A DNA stretch of 64,000 nucleotides. Origin: an uncultured Nitrososphaerota archaeon. GTDB taxonomy: Archaea; Thermoproteota; Methanomethylicia; Culexarchaeales; Culexmicrobiaceae. The position numbers and the translations under genes were made by a program. The stretch is from contig CAZCCB010000001.1 in assembly GCA_964497155.1 (NCBI GenBank), positions 32,766-96,765 on the forward strand, in the 5' to 3' direction. Each line of letters begins with the position of its first letter. Position 1 is the first letter of the stretch. The notes below the pieces were generated by a model. It saw only the letters and a program-made list of their open reading frames with translations. It did not search any database and had not been told where the DNA came from. Positions 18,977 through 28,083 of the stretch are shown here, in pieces.

Positions 18977-19037
18977 GATAAATAGTGTAATATTCAAATT
19001 TAAACTTAACTAATTAATTCATTTGAGGTGAAAATTA

Positions 19038-19343
19038 TTGAATTATATGGTTGAAATTATAGTTAAAGAGGTTAGGGGTTATTGTGCATGTAATTATAAG
19101 ATTGGAGATAAATTTGTAATTGAAAGATTTTACATTAAGTCAAATCAGCAATCAAAAATTTGCATTCATGCACTTTCATCAATGCTAACATTACTTTCAA
19201 AATTTCTAGCAGGAGTTTCAGCAAAAGATTTGGGTATAGGTGAAGTTGATGACATAGGTTATTTGCAATGTCCAGATCCCGGAAAACCATATACTAAAGG
19301 TGGAACAGTAATTTTTGAGTTAAGGAGAATTAAATTGAATTAA
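19038..19343 (+). CDS. small conserved protein, TIGR04076-like
   Basis: 101 aa with CxC...C...CPDPG pattern and C-terminal GGTVIFELRRI, reminiscent of the TIGR04076 family. Confidence 0.35.
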   Translation: MNYMVEIIVKEVRGYCACNYKIGDKFVIERFYIKSNQQSKICIHALSSMLTLLSKFLAGVSAKDLGIGEVDDIGYLQCPDPGKPYTKGGTVIFELRRIKLN

Positions 19344-19356
19344 AGGAGTGTCATAA

Positions 19357-19794
19357 TTGAAATATATTCTAATGTCAATTAAACCAGTATTTGCAAATGA
19401 AATTTTAAATGGAAGAAAGAAATTTGAAGTTAGAGCTAAAATTGGAGGGATTTCAAGTGGAGATAAGATAATCATTTATGCATCAAGTCCAGTAAGGGCA
19501 ATTATAGGTGAATTTACTGCTGGGAAAATCATTATTGGTAGTGGTGAGGAAATTTGGAATTATTTAATTTCAAATAATTATGGAATAACTAGTCTCGATG
19601 AACCATACATTAAACCTAAACGAAGAGTTATGGCAATTGAAGTTAAAAATCCAATAAGGTATGGTAATCCAATAACCTTAAATGAAATAAGAATGCATAT
19701 TCCAAAATTTATGCCACCAATGAGTTATCAAGAACTTAAGGGTGAACTTTTAAAGATAATTATGAAATTAATTAAAGAAAAATATTTGAATTAA
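19357..19794 (+). CDS. ASCH/PUA-like domain protein
   Basis: MKYILMSIKPVFANEILNGRKKFEVR matches the ASCH domain N-terminal consensus. Confidence 0.5.
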   Translation: MKYILMSIKPVFANEILNGRKKFEVRAKIGGISSGDKIIIYASSPVRAIIGEFTAGKIIIGSGEEIWNYLISNNYGITSLDEPYIKPKRRVMAIEVKNPIRYGNPITLNEIRMHIPKFMPPMSYQELKGELLKIIMKLIKEKYLN

Positions 19795-19859
19795 ATGTTT
19801 AACTATTCGAACTATTGTTCAAAACTTTAGTATTTTATATTTGAACTCCAATTTGTTAA

Positions 19860-21860
19860 GTGGTGAATGAATTGGAGGGTAAATTAAGGATAGCTGTAAT
19901 TACGCTACTAATGATTTCAATACTAATTGGAACAATATTCTTCATTAAACCAAGCAAACCAGAAGAGAAAATTCTCATCGAACAAATATCGATCGGAACA
20001 TTTAAATCAATAGATGAAATAGAAAGTTATATTAAATCTACAACTCAAGCATATGGAATAATGCCATCAATAATGCCATTTTATGGTGGTTTCGCTATAA
20101 CTGAAGAATTTAAAGGTGCACCAGTACCAATGGCTCCAGCTAGAGGTGAAGTTGGAGGATTAAAATATTCTAAAACTAATGTTCAAGTTGAAGGTGTTGA
20201 TGAGGCAGATATCGTGAAAACTAATGGTGAATACATTTTCTTAGCATCAAACAATGAATTATATATTATTAAGGCTTATCCACCCTCAGAATTAAAAATA
20301 ATTTCAAAAATGAAATTGAATAACTTTACTAGGATTGCTGGATTATTCATAACTCAAAATAGACTAATATTGCTATGCGAATCATTCATGAGGCATATAT
20401 GGGTTTTTTATGAAAATAGGACTAGTGAGACACAGATAGTTAAGGTTAGAATGATTACACCGAACACGACTACATACATGTATGATATATCTAATCCTAA
20501 AAATCCAAAGTTAATTAATTATGTTAATGTAACTGGAAGATATGTAACTTCAAGATTAATTGACAATTACATCTACGTAATAGTTTCACAGCCATCAATT
20601 ATTGGAGATAAAGTATTCTTACCAATAATTAATGGAAAACAGGTTTCACCATCAAATATAAAGTATTTTGGAGCAGATATTGGATATAGTTTCACGACAA
20701 TTTTAGCCATTAATACTGAAAATGGTGAATATAATGAGGAAGTATTCTTAACCGGATATTCAAGCCACATATATGTTTCATTAAAAAATCTCTATATACT
20801 CTCGAGAAGATGGATTAAACCAATTAAAATTATGAATAAAGCATTATCAGTAATAATGCCATTATTACCAAATGAGATTAAAAGCCAAATTGAAAAGATA
20901 AATAAAATGAATATAACTTTAATGGAGAAATATTATAAGATAGGAGATGTAATTAGCAATTGGATCAATAAATTACCAAAGGAGAAGAGAAAGAAATTCA
21001 TTGAGGAAATTCGGAGAAAAACATTTGAATTAATGAAAAAATTATGGAGAGAAGAAACTGCAATTTATAAGTTTAGACTTAATGGATTAAATATAACTGC
21101 AATAGCCATTGGAACTGTTCCAGGCTATGTTTTAGATCAATTTTCAATGGATGAATATAATGGATACTTTAGAATTGCAACAACTATTACAAAGCATTAT
21201 CCTAAATTTGAAACATCAAATAACGTATACATACTAGATGAAAATCTAAATATTACAGGTAAAGTTGAAGATTTAGCTATTGGAGAAAGAATTTATGCTG
21301 CAAGATATATGGGAAATATAATGTTCCTAGTAACATTTAGAAGAATTGATCCATTATTCGGAATTGACTTATCAGATCCAAGAAATCCGAAAGTAATTGG
21401 ATATCTAAAAATTCCAGGATATTCAGAATATCTCCATCCATATAAAGATAAGTATTTAATTGGAATTGGAATGGATGCTGATGAAACTGGAAGAATTAAG
21501 GGAATGAAAGTATCATTATTTGATATTTCGAATTTAAAGAACATAAAGGAAATTTCATCATTAAGCATTGGAAATGGATATGCATGGTCGCCAATATTAT
21601 CAGATCACAAAGCTTTCATGATTAATTTAGAGAAGAATTACTTTGCAATACCAGTAATGAGTAAGGTTAGCGAAAGCGGAGTATACATCATAGACATTAT
21701 TGGAGAAAAATTATCATTAAGAGGAATAATTCCCCATATTAATGCTCAAAGATCACTTTATATTGAAGACTACATTTACACGTTTTCATTCGATGAAGTT
21801 AAAGTTGTAAATGAAAATCTAGAAATGGTAAATCAAATTTCGCTGGAATCACTTAAATAA
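19860..21860 (+). CDS. secreted/membrane-anchored extracellular glycoprotein, beta-rich (possible beta-propeller)
   Basis: N-terminal TM/signal (ITLLMISILIGTIFFI) and many N-x-S/T sequons. Predicted start is GTG. Confidence 0.45.
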   Translation: MVNELEGKLRIAVITLLMISILIGTIFFIKPSKPEEKILIEQISIGTFKSIDEIESYIKSTTQAYGIMPSIMPFYGGFAITEEFKGAPVPMAPARGEVGGLKYSKTNVQVEGVDEADIVKTNGEYIFLASNNELYIIKAYPPSELKIISKMKLNNFTRIAGLFITQNRLILLCESFMRHIWVFYENRTSETQIVKVRMITPNTTTYMYDISNPKNPKLINYVNVTGRYVTSRLIDNYIYVIVSQPSIIGDKVFLPIINGKQVSPSNIKYFGADIGYSFTTILAINTENGEYNEEVFLTGYSSHIYVSLKNLYILSRRWIKPIKIMNKALSVIMPLLPNEIKSQIEKINKMNITLMEKYYKIGDVISNWINKLPKEKRKKFIEEIRRKTFELMKKLWREETAIYKFRLNGLNITAIAIGTVPGYVLDQFSMDEYNGYFRIATTITKHYPKFETSNNVYILDENLNITGKVEDLAIGERIYAARYMGNIMFLVTFRRIDPLFGIDLSDPRNPKVIGYLKIPGYSEYLHPYKDKYLIGIGMDADETGRIKGMKVSLFDISNLKNIKEISSLSIGNGYAWSPILSDHKAFMINLEKNYFAIPVMSKVSESGVYIIDIIGEKLSLRGIIPHINAQRSLYIEDYIYTFSFDEVKVVNENLEMVNQISLESLK

Positions 21861-21934
21861 TTTACAAAAACTCATTCCTTTTTTATGGCTAATTTAATAT
21901 ACTTTTAATGCTAATTAGGTTGAGGGTGAATTAA

Positions 21935-22732
21935 TTGAGATTTAAGGAGTTTATGGAGAAATCATCAATTGAACATGATAGTAGAATTGTTCTGGCTCTT
22001 GATCTTTCAGCTTTACCTAAAGACTTAGACTCAAATAGGTTGAAGAATAAGGCTATTAAAATTTTAAAGGATGTTAGTCCACATATATGTGCAGTTAAAA
22101 TTAATATGCAACTTCTTCTTCCACTTGGACTTTACACTGGTATTAAGGAGATTATTGATTTAGCTCATAATCTTGATTTACCAATAATTATGGATTGTAA
22201 ATTGAGTGATGTCGGTCATACTAATGCTTGGGCTACTAAACATTATTTTGAAGCTGGATTTGATGCATTGATAGTTAATCCATTGGTTGGATGGGAGCAG
22301 GGTATGGAGCCAGTATTTAATGTTGCAAATGAATATGATGGTAAAGGCGTAATTTTACTCGTATATACTTCTCATAAGGCTGCACCTGAAAGTTATGAAT
22401 TAAATGTGGTTGATCCATTAACTAATGAAGTTAAACCATTATTCATGATTTTTGCTGAGAGAGCATTGAAATGGAATGCTGATGGAATAGTTGTTGGTGC
22501 AACTTATCCTGAGAAAGTGAAGACTATTGCCGAATTTTTGAAGGGTAGGATTCCAATTTATTCTCCTGGAATTGGAGTTCAGGGCGGTAAGATTGAGAAT
22601 TGCCTTAAGGCTGGAACCAAATATTTCATTATTGGTAGATCAATATTTCAAGCTAATAATCCTGCTAAGACTGCTGAGAAAATTAAGTTAATGATTAAGT
22701 CCTATGAAAGCAAAGTTACCTATGAATCCTAG
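21935..22732 (+). CDS. pyrF: orotidine-5'-phosphate decarboxylase family protein (PyrF-like; KGPDC/HPS superfamily not excluded)
   Basis: IVLALDL near the N-terminus and MDCKLSDVGHTNA matching the DxKxxDIxxT active-site motif. Confidence 0.5.
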   Translation: MRFKEFMEKSSIEHDSRIVLALDLSALPKDLDSNRLKNKAIKILKDVSPHICAVKINMQLLLPLGLYTGIKEIIDLAHNLDLPIIMDCKLSDVGHTNAWATKHYFEAGFDALIVNPLVGWEQGMEPVFNVANEYDGKGVILLVYTSHKAAPESYELNVVDPLTNEVKPLFMIFAERALKWNADGIVVGATYPEKVKTIAEFLKGRIPIYSPGIGVQGGKIENCLKAGTKYFIIGRSIFQANNPAKTAEKIKLMIKSYESKVTYES

Positions 22733-23672
22733 TTATTATACCAAAACCTCTAGTTCTTCCCTCTCTAAATACAAACCAATCTCCTTCAGATACGTATTCA
22801 GGTTTATAACAGAATTCTAAGTCTACGTATGCTACATCACCTGTTCTTAATGGTTCCCTGGACATCCAAGTAAATTTTGCTGCCTGTCTAATGGTATATA
22901 TGTGTAGTACTGCTTGATATCCGCGCTTAATTGTTGTTGGATGGTGAAGTATTGTTACTCTAGCTCTAAATGATTTCACTGCTCTTGGAGTTAAACTTTT
23001 ATCTAAAATACACATTCCCTTTTCAACTTCATCATAATCTAGATTTCTTAGTGCTAGACATGCTTCTTGACCTGCAATTGCTCTATCAACACTAACTCTA
23101 TTTACATGAATTGACCTTACTTTTACAAGTCTAAAGCTTCCATCCCTAAATGGTCCAAGTTGTAAATAATCATCTACTTCAACTTCGCCTTGAAGAACGA
23201 GGCCGCTAACAACTGTTCCTACACCTCTAACATTAAATTTCTCTTCAACATACATTTTGAATGGTTTCCTAACCCTCTCTTCCCATCGAAGTCTTGGTGG
23301 TAGAATATTTAGAAATAATTTAAGCATATCTAATCCTTCGCCAGTAGTATTTGAGACTAGAAATATTGGGGTAATTCTTCCACTAGCCATATTTCTGGCA
23401 GCTACAACTACATCATCGATATCATTTATTATCATCGGAATCTTATTTATTCCCGGTCTTTTTAGAATATATTGAATTTCACGTATAACTCTATTTAAAA
23501 CTTCTTTGGGAGTCATATCAATTTTAGTTATTACTATGAATACTGGAATTTTAAGTACAACTGTTATTCCTAAATGTTCCTTTGCAGTTCCAATCATACC
23601 TGCATTCGCAGCTACGCATAGCATTACATAGTCTGGTACTCTTCCAGTCACCCCTTTAAGTGTAGTTCTCAA
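22716..23672 (-). CDS. GTPBP1-like translational GTPase, C-terminal fragment
   Basis: Contains VITKIDM (NKxD-like G4) and EF-Tu-like domain II/III. Upstream in the same frame it reads ...FVDLGGHERY (G3 DxxGH) before a stop. Its frame differs from the N-terminal fragment. Confidence 0.6.
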   Translation of the reverse strand: MRTTLKGVTGRVPDYVMLCVAANAGMIGTAKEHLGITVVLKIPVFIVITKIDMTPKEVLNRVIREIQYILKRPGINKIPMIINDIDDVVVAARNMASGRITPIFLVSNTTGEGLDMLKLFLNILPPRLRWEERVRKPFKMYVEEKFNVRGVGTVVSGLVLQGEVEVDDYLQLGPFRDGSFRLVKVRSIHVNRVSVDRAIAGQEACLALRNLDYDEVEKGMCILDKSLTPRAVKSFRARVTILHHPTTIKRGYQAVLHIYTIRQAAKFTWMSREPLRTGDVAYVDLEFCYKPEYVSEGDWFVFREGRTRGFGIITRIHR

Positions 23673-23794
23673 ATAGCGTTCATGTCCACCTAAATCTACG
23701 AAGCATATTACTTTGGAGCTATTTAGAAATACCTCAGCTTCATCTAATGGTGAGGCTAAATTATAATTTACAATATTTCCAGTTTCATCGAATC

Positions 23795-24304
23795 CTAATA
23801 GGTGACTTGAAATTTATGATCATGTAGAAATCTAACTTCTTTGCTTCTCGCTAGTCCATTCCCATCATCAAGTTCACCTGAACATAAAACTCCAATAACT
23901 GTTGATTTTCCACTATCAACATTACCTAAAACTGGGATCATAAGGTAGATTGGGAAATCTTCTCTAACCATTCTAATAAGAAGTTCAGCTACAATTCCCT
24001 TCTTCCCTCTACCCTTCCTTAGAATGGTTACTTTTGCACCTATTTTTCGGGCGGCCTCATTAATCCATTTTAAACTTTCCTTCAATTCATATTCATTTAA
24101 ACCTATTAATTGCCCATCATCGCTAACTCCAATTTCATAAATGGCTTCTCCGCCGCCCTCCCTTAATCTATAGCGCATTTGAGTTGCTAATCTTTCAATT
24201 CTATCTTCATTTGGATTAATGATCTTTAACTTATATTCTACATTACCCTCCTCTTTCTCCCTATCCATTTTCTCCCAATTAATCCAAATTGACATTAAAC
24301 TCAC
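23795..24304 (-). CDS. GTPBP1-like translational GTPase, N-terminal fragment
   Basis: Contains the P-loop GNVDSGKST and ends ...RFLHDHKFQVTY* where homologs continue into the switch region. Confidence 0.6.
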   Translation of the reverse strand: MSLMSIWINWEKMDREKEEGNVEYKLKIINPNEDRIERLATQMRYRLREGGGEAIYEIGVSDDGQLIGLNEYELKESLKWINEAARKIGAKVTILRKGRGKKGIVAELLIRMVREDFPIYLMIPVLGNVDSGKSTVIGVLCSGELDDGNGLARSKEVRFLHDHKFQVTY

Positions 24305-24367
24305 ACGCTTAATTCTATAGTTTATCTATGATTAATTTCACCTAAAATTAAAATATATCTTTCATTA

Positions 24368-24970
24368 ATGATTGTGTGGTGCTATAAATTGTCTAATAGA
24401 ATGATATTTTCAGGTAAAATTACATGTTACTATGAACTATTCGATAGAGATGCTTCAAAATATGAAGAGTTAGTTAGAAAAGCGATTATGAATGCATGGA
24501 AATTTAATGGTGAAGTTGAAGGTAAAATGACTTTCAAGGAGGGATTAATTTCAAATATAAAGATATGTACCGATTTCTCCATTAATAGAGCTATTTCTCA
24601 ATTTAACTTCTCAAATGTAAGAGAATTAAGCAATGTTGCTAAGCTGCTTAAATCAATACTTAAAAATGCTTCTCTATGTAACATTTTCATGAATATTAAT
24701 GGATTAACTGAAAAAGATTTGATTGAAATTGAGAATAGAATTAAGAAATTAAAATTTAGAGGCTTAATTGAAGATCCATCAACACACTCATTTAGATGTG
24801 ATATCATATTAAAGGACTTCTCCTATAGCTTTGCCATTTATGGCGAAATGTTTTCAGCTGATATTATTGCTAGATTTAGAGATGAAAGCGAAGTTAATAT
24901 GCTGTTTAACTCCATTAAATCTATAATTAAGCCCTCAGTAATTAATAGGCTATTTAAGGGAATAAAATAG
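24368..24970 (+). CDS. hypothetical protein
   Basis: 200-aa ORF with no recognisable motif. The start is uncertain; an internal Met at MIFSGK is an alternative. Confidence 0.35.
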   Translation: MIVWCYKLSNRMIFSGKITCYYELFDRDASKYEELVRKAIMNAWKFNGEVEGKMTFKEGLISNIKICTDFSINRAISQFNFSNVRELSNVAKLLKSILKNASLCNIFMNINGLTEKDLIEIENRIKKLKFRGLIEDPSTHSFRCDIILKDFSYSFAIYGEMFSADIIARFRDESEVNMLFNSIKSIIKPSVINRLFKGIK

Positions 24971-24971
24971 A

Positions 24972-25433
24972 TTACATCATTCTCCTATAAGATTTCCATA
25001 ACCTTATAACTTTAGGTATTAAATTCTTAATTGAATATCCAGCTCTAACATTTACTCCTGGACATGATTTATCAATGTAAACATATAGTGTTTCTCCATG
25101 ATAATTAACTTTGGCCGTTGAAGGCTTAATGTTCGGTAATGGCTTTTTAGAAACATGAAATGGATAGATCTTACAACATCCAGGTCTCTCCAAGTATATT
25201 TGGCAATAGGCTATTGGTCCTTCATATTTTAAGAAGATGCATGTATCATCAGGTTTTTTTATTAAGTAAAATTTTCCACCAGCTTGAATAACTACTGGTC
25301 CATATTTTCTCGTTAAATGTAATGCTTCAATAAATTTTAATGGAATGGCAAATGCTTTACAGCAATATCCACATCTAATGCATCTCCATAATTCAGCATC
25401 TCTCCAACCAATATAATTATGTCCCCTGATCAT
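24972..25433 (-). CDS. YkgJ-family (CxxCxxCC) putative Fe-S/zinc-binding protein
   Basis: CIRCGYCCKAF motif and further conserved Cys typical of PF03692-like proteins. Confidence 0.6.
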   Translation of the reverse strand: MIRGHNYIGWRDAELWRCIRCGYCCKAFAIPLKFIEALHLTRKYGPVVIQAGGKFYLIKKPDDTCIFLKYEGPIAYCQIYLERPGCCKIYPFHVSKKPLPNIKPSTAKVNYHGETLYVYIDKSCPGVNVRAGYSIKNLIPKVIRLWKSYRRMM

Positions 25434-25485
25434 CCCTATACTTCTCCAAACGCCATTTAACTAACTTTTACCTTAAATTTTACGG

Positions 25486-25935
25486 GTGAAATTTATGGAA
25501 TTGAGTAATGTGAGTTTAGGTAAACTTAATAGAATAAGTTTAAGCGAAATCGTAAAGCAATTAAAATCTTCTTCAAAGAATGTGGGTTGCATAATTCTAT
25601 TTATTGGAATTGTTAGAGAAGAAGCTGCCTTAGGCGGTAAGGTTAATCATTTATTTTATGAAGCATATGAATCAATGGCCATTAAGAAGATGCAGGATTT
25701 AATTAATAATGTAGTCAATAGAGAAAATGTTTTTTCTGCATGTATACATCATGAACTGGGTAAGGTTAAAGTTGGGGAATTAACCATGATTGTTGGGGTT
25801 GCAGCTAAACATAGAGCTGATGGATTTAAAGCTATTCAGTGGCTTATTGATAAAGTTAAGAGTGAAGTACCCATATGGAAAAAGGAAGTAACAGATAAAG
25901 GTGATTATTGGGTTCATGAAATTAAGAAGAATTAA
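25486..25935 (+). CDS. moaE: molybdopterin synthase catalytic subunit MoaE
   Basis: VGVAAKHRADGFKAIQWLIDKVKSEVPIWKKE matches the MoaE signature. 149 aa. Confidence 0.75.
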   Translation: MKFMELSNVSLGKLNRISLSEIVKQLKSSSKNVGCIILFIGIVREEAALGGKVNHLFYEAYESMAIKKMQDLINNVVNRENVFSACIHHELGKVKVGELTMIVGVAAKHRADGFKAIQWLIDKVKSEVPIWKKEVTDKGDYWVHEIKKN

Positions 25936-25989
25936 ACCATTAGTCTTATTAGCTAAATTTTAGATTAACTTAATATCGGGGTTGATTTT

Positions 25990-26898
25990 ATGTCTAAAGA
26001 CTTAGCTTCAATTATTGAGAAGGCTTCAACTCTACTTCTAAAAGCTGCAACAACAATTCTCCCACCAGATGTTAAAGAGGCATTAATTAAAGCTAGAGAT
26101 ATTGAAGACAATCCATTAGCGAAATCGCAATTAAATGCCATATTAAAGAACTGTGAAATAGCTGAGAAAGAAGGTAAACCTATTTGTCAAGATACTGGAC
26201 TGATAATATTTTACTTAAAAGTTGGAGAGAACTTTCCAATTAAAGGCAAGTTAAGTGAAGTCTTAAGTAAAGCAACAATTAATGCTACACGTGAAGTTCC
26301 ACTTAGACCAAATGCAGTTGACGTATTAACTAAAGTTAATAGTGGAGATAATACTGGAAGATATATTCCGTGGATTGAATGGGAAATAGTTCCTGACAGT
26401 GATATATTAGAGATTACTGCTTTTCCAAAAGGCGGTGGCAGTGAAGCTCCATGTATAGCTAAAGTATTCTCTCCAGCTCAGGGATTAAGATATGTTAAGA
26501 AATTGGTTGTAGATACTGTTGCTGATTGGGGTGCTAAACCATGCCCACCAATAGTTATTGGAGTTGGAATTGGAGGCACAATTGATATTGCAATGAAATT
26601 AGCTAAAAAATGTCTATTAAGACCAATTGGAACTAGACATGAAAATCCAGAGATTGCTAAATTGGAGGAAGAGTTACTTGAATTAGTTAATTCACTTGGA
26701 ATTGGACCTCACGGTGTTGGTGGTAAGACAACAGCATTAGCAGTAAATATTGATTATGCACATAGACATCCAGCAACTTATGCAACTGGATTAGCATTTA
26801 ACTGTTGGGCTGCAAGGAGATCTACAATGAAAGTTCACCCTAATGGTGAGGTTGAATTTGTTACTCATAAGATTTTGAATGAAATTTGGAGGAGGTGA
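25990..26898 (+). CDS. fumA: class I fumarate hydratase (Fe-S hydro-lyase), alpha subunit
   Basis: [10 protein letters not shown] motif of the tartrate/fumarate Fe-S hydro-lyase alpha subunit, followed by the beta-subunit gene. Confidence 0.8.
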   Translation: MSKDLASIIEKASTLLLKAATTILPPDVKEALIKARDIEDNPLAKSQLNAILKNCEIAEKEGKPICQDTGLIIFYLKVGENFPIKGKLSEVLSKATINATREVPLRPNAVDVLTKVNSGDNTGRYIPWIEWEIVPDSDILEITAFPKGGGSEAPCIAKVFSPAQGLRYVKKLVVDTVADWGAKPCPPIVIGVGIGGTIDIAMKLAKKCLLRPIGTRHENPEIAKLEEELLELVNSLGIGPHGVGGKTTALAVNIDYAHRHPATYATGLAFNCWAARRSTMKVHPNGEVEFVTHKILNEIWRR

Positions 26899-27508
26899 AT
26901 TTATGGCTGAATATTATCTTAAAACTCCATTGAGTGAAGAGGACGTTAGGAAGCTACGTGTTGGAGATATAGTCTACCTTTCAGGATTAATTGTTACTGC
27001 AAGGGATGCTGCTCATTCAAGAGCATTAGAATTACTCAATAAGGGGGAGAAATTACCCATAGACTTGAAAGGTTTAGCTGTATATCATTGCGGCCCAGTA
27101 GTTCAGAAGAAGGATGATAAATGGATTATAGTTGCAGCTGGCCCAACAACCAGTGCTAGAATGGAGACATATGAAGCTGAATTCATTGAGAAAACTGGAG
27201 TTAGAATGATTATTGGTAAGGGTGGAATGGGATCTAAAACTGCAGAAGCATGTAAGAAGTTCGGTGCAGTTTATGCAATGTTTACTGGTGGTGCAGCTGT
27301 ACTCGCAAGTGGAGCTATGAAGGAAGTAGTTGGAGTTGAATGGTTAGATTTAGGTGTTCCAGAGGCACTTTGGATTATTAAAGTTGAAAATTTCGGTCCA
27401 CTAATGATTACAATAGATTCAACTGGAGAAAACTTCTATGAGAAGAAAGCTGAAGAGATTAAGAAACGATTAAAGGAGATTGTCTATCCGAAAATTGGAC
27501 TTACTTAA
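26879..27508 (+). CDS. fumB: class I fumarate hydratase, beta subunit
   Basis: GDIVYLSGLIVTARDAAHSR matches the beta-subunit N-terminal signature. The likely true start is MAEYY at 26903. Confidence 0.8.
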   Translation: MKFGGGEFMAEYYLKTPLSEEDVRKLRVGDIVYLSGLIVTARDAAHSRALELLNKGEKLPIDLKGLAVYHCGPVVQKKDDKWIIVAAGPTTSARMETYEAEFIEKTGVRMIIGKGGMGSKTAEACKKFGAVYAMFTGGAAVLASGAMKEVVGVEWLDLGVPEALWIIKVENFGPLMITIDSTGENFYEKKAEEIKKRLKEIVYPKIGLT

Positions 27509-27521
27509 CATTTTCATTTCT

Positions 27522-28028
27522 CTATTTTATATTTTCATTTTGATAAATACCATTGTAAAGTTTATGCGGTTTACTCTCCATTCTAACGAATATTAATTGC
27601 ATTAATCTAGCATTTCTCTCTAAATATACTCCATTAGGATTAAATACTACAAGTAAACTTTCACTTCTACCCCTATATCCTGGATCCCAAAGTGCAGAAA
27701 AAACCATGACTCCACTTCTAAGTAATGATGATCTAGGTATTCCAATTGCGATCATATTCTCTGGTACATGAACTACTTCATTAAATCTAACCTTATAAGC
27801 TCCCTTAGACAAAAAGACCTTACCTTCACTATCAAATTCAATTTTCCTACATTTTGAAATCTTTCTTTTCTCATTTGTAAGATCAATATATCCGGGATCA
27901 ATAAATTCCTCTACATCCCTTAATGTAAGCTCAATACCTGCGGGTTGAACTTGATGTTCAATTGAAATTAAATTGCTAATTGCTTTCATCTTCAAAATTT
28001 CAATTCCAGGAATTGCCATATTTTTCAC
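27522..28028 (-). CDS. dcd: dCTP deaminase/dUTPase family protein
   Basis: GIPRSSLLRSGVMV...WDPGYRGRSESLLVVFN...RLMQLIF matches the Dcd/Dut beta-barrel motifs. Confidence 0.7.
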   Translation of the reverse strand: MKNMAIPGIEILKMKAISNLISIEHQVQPAGIELTLRDVEEFIDPGYIDLTNEKRKISKCRKIEFDSEGKVFLSKGAYKVRFNEVVHVPENMIAIGIPRSSLLRSGVMVFSALWDPGYRGRSESLLVVFNPNGVYLERNARLMQLIFVRMESKPHKLYNGIYQNENIK

Positions 28029-28083
28029 CTAATTATTCCATAAATGGTTTCCCTAATTAACTACTATTCTAACGTTAACTGTT

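Larger units (their letters stand above)
22716..24304 (-). pseudogene. frameshifted GTPBP1-like GTPase gene (pseudogene, sequencing error or recoding)
   Basis: The two fragments are contiguous parts of one GTPBP1-family protein. A single one-nt frame change near 23798-23812 joins ...HDHKFQ to SSHLLGFDETGNIVNY...FVDLGGHERY. Confidence 0.5.
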
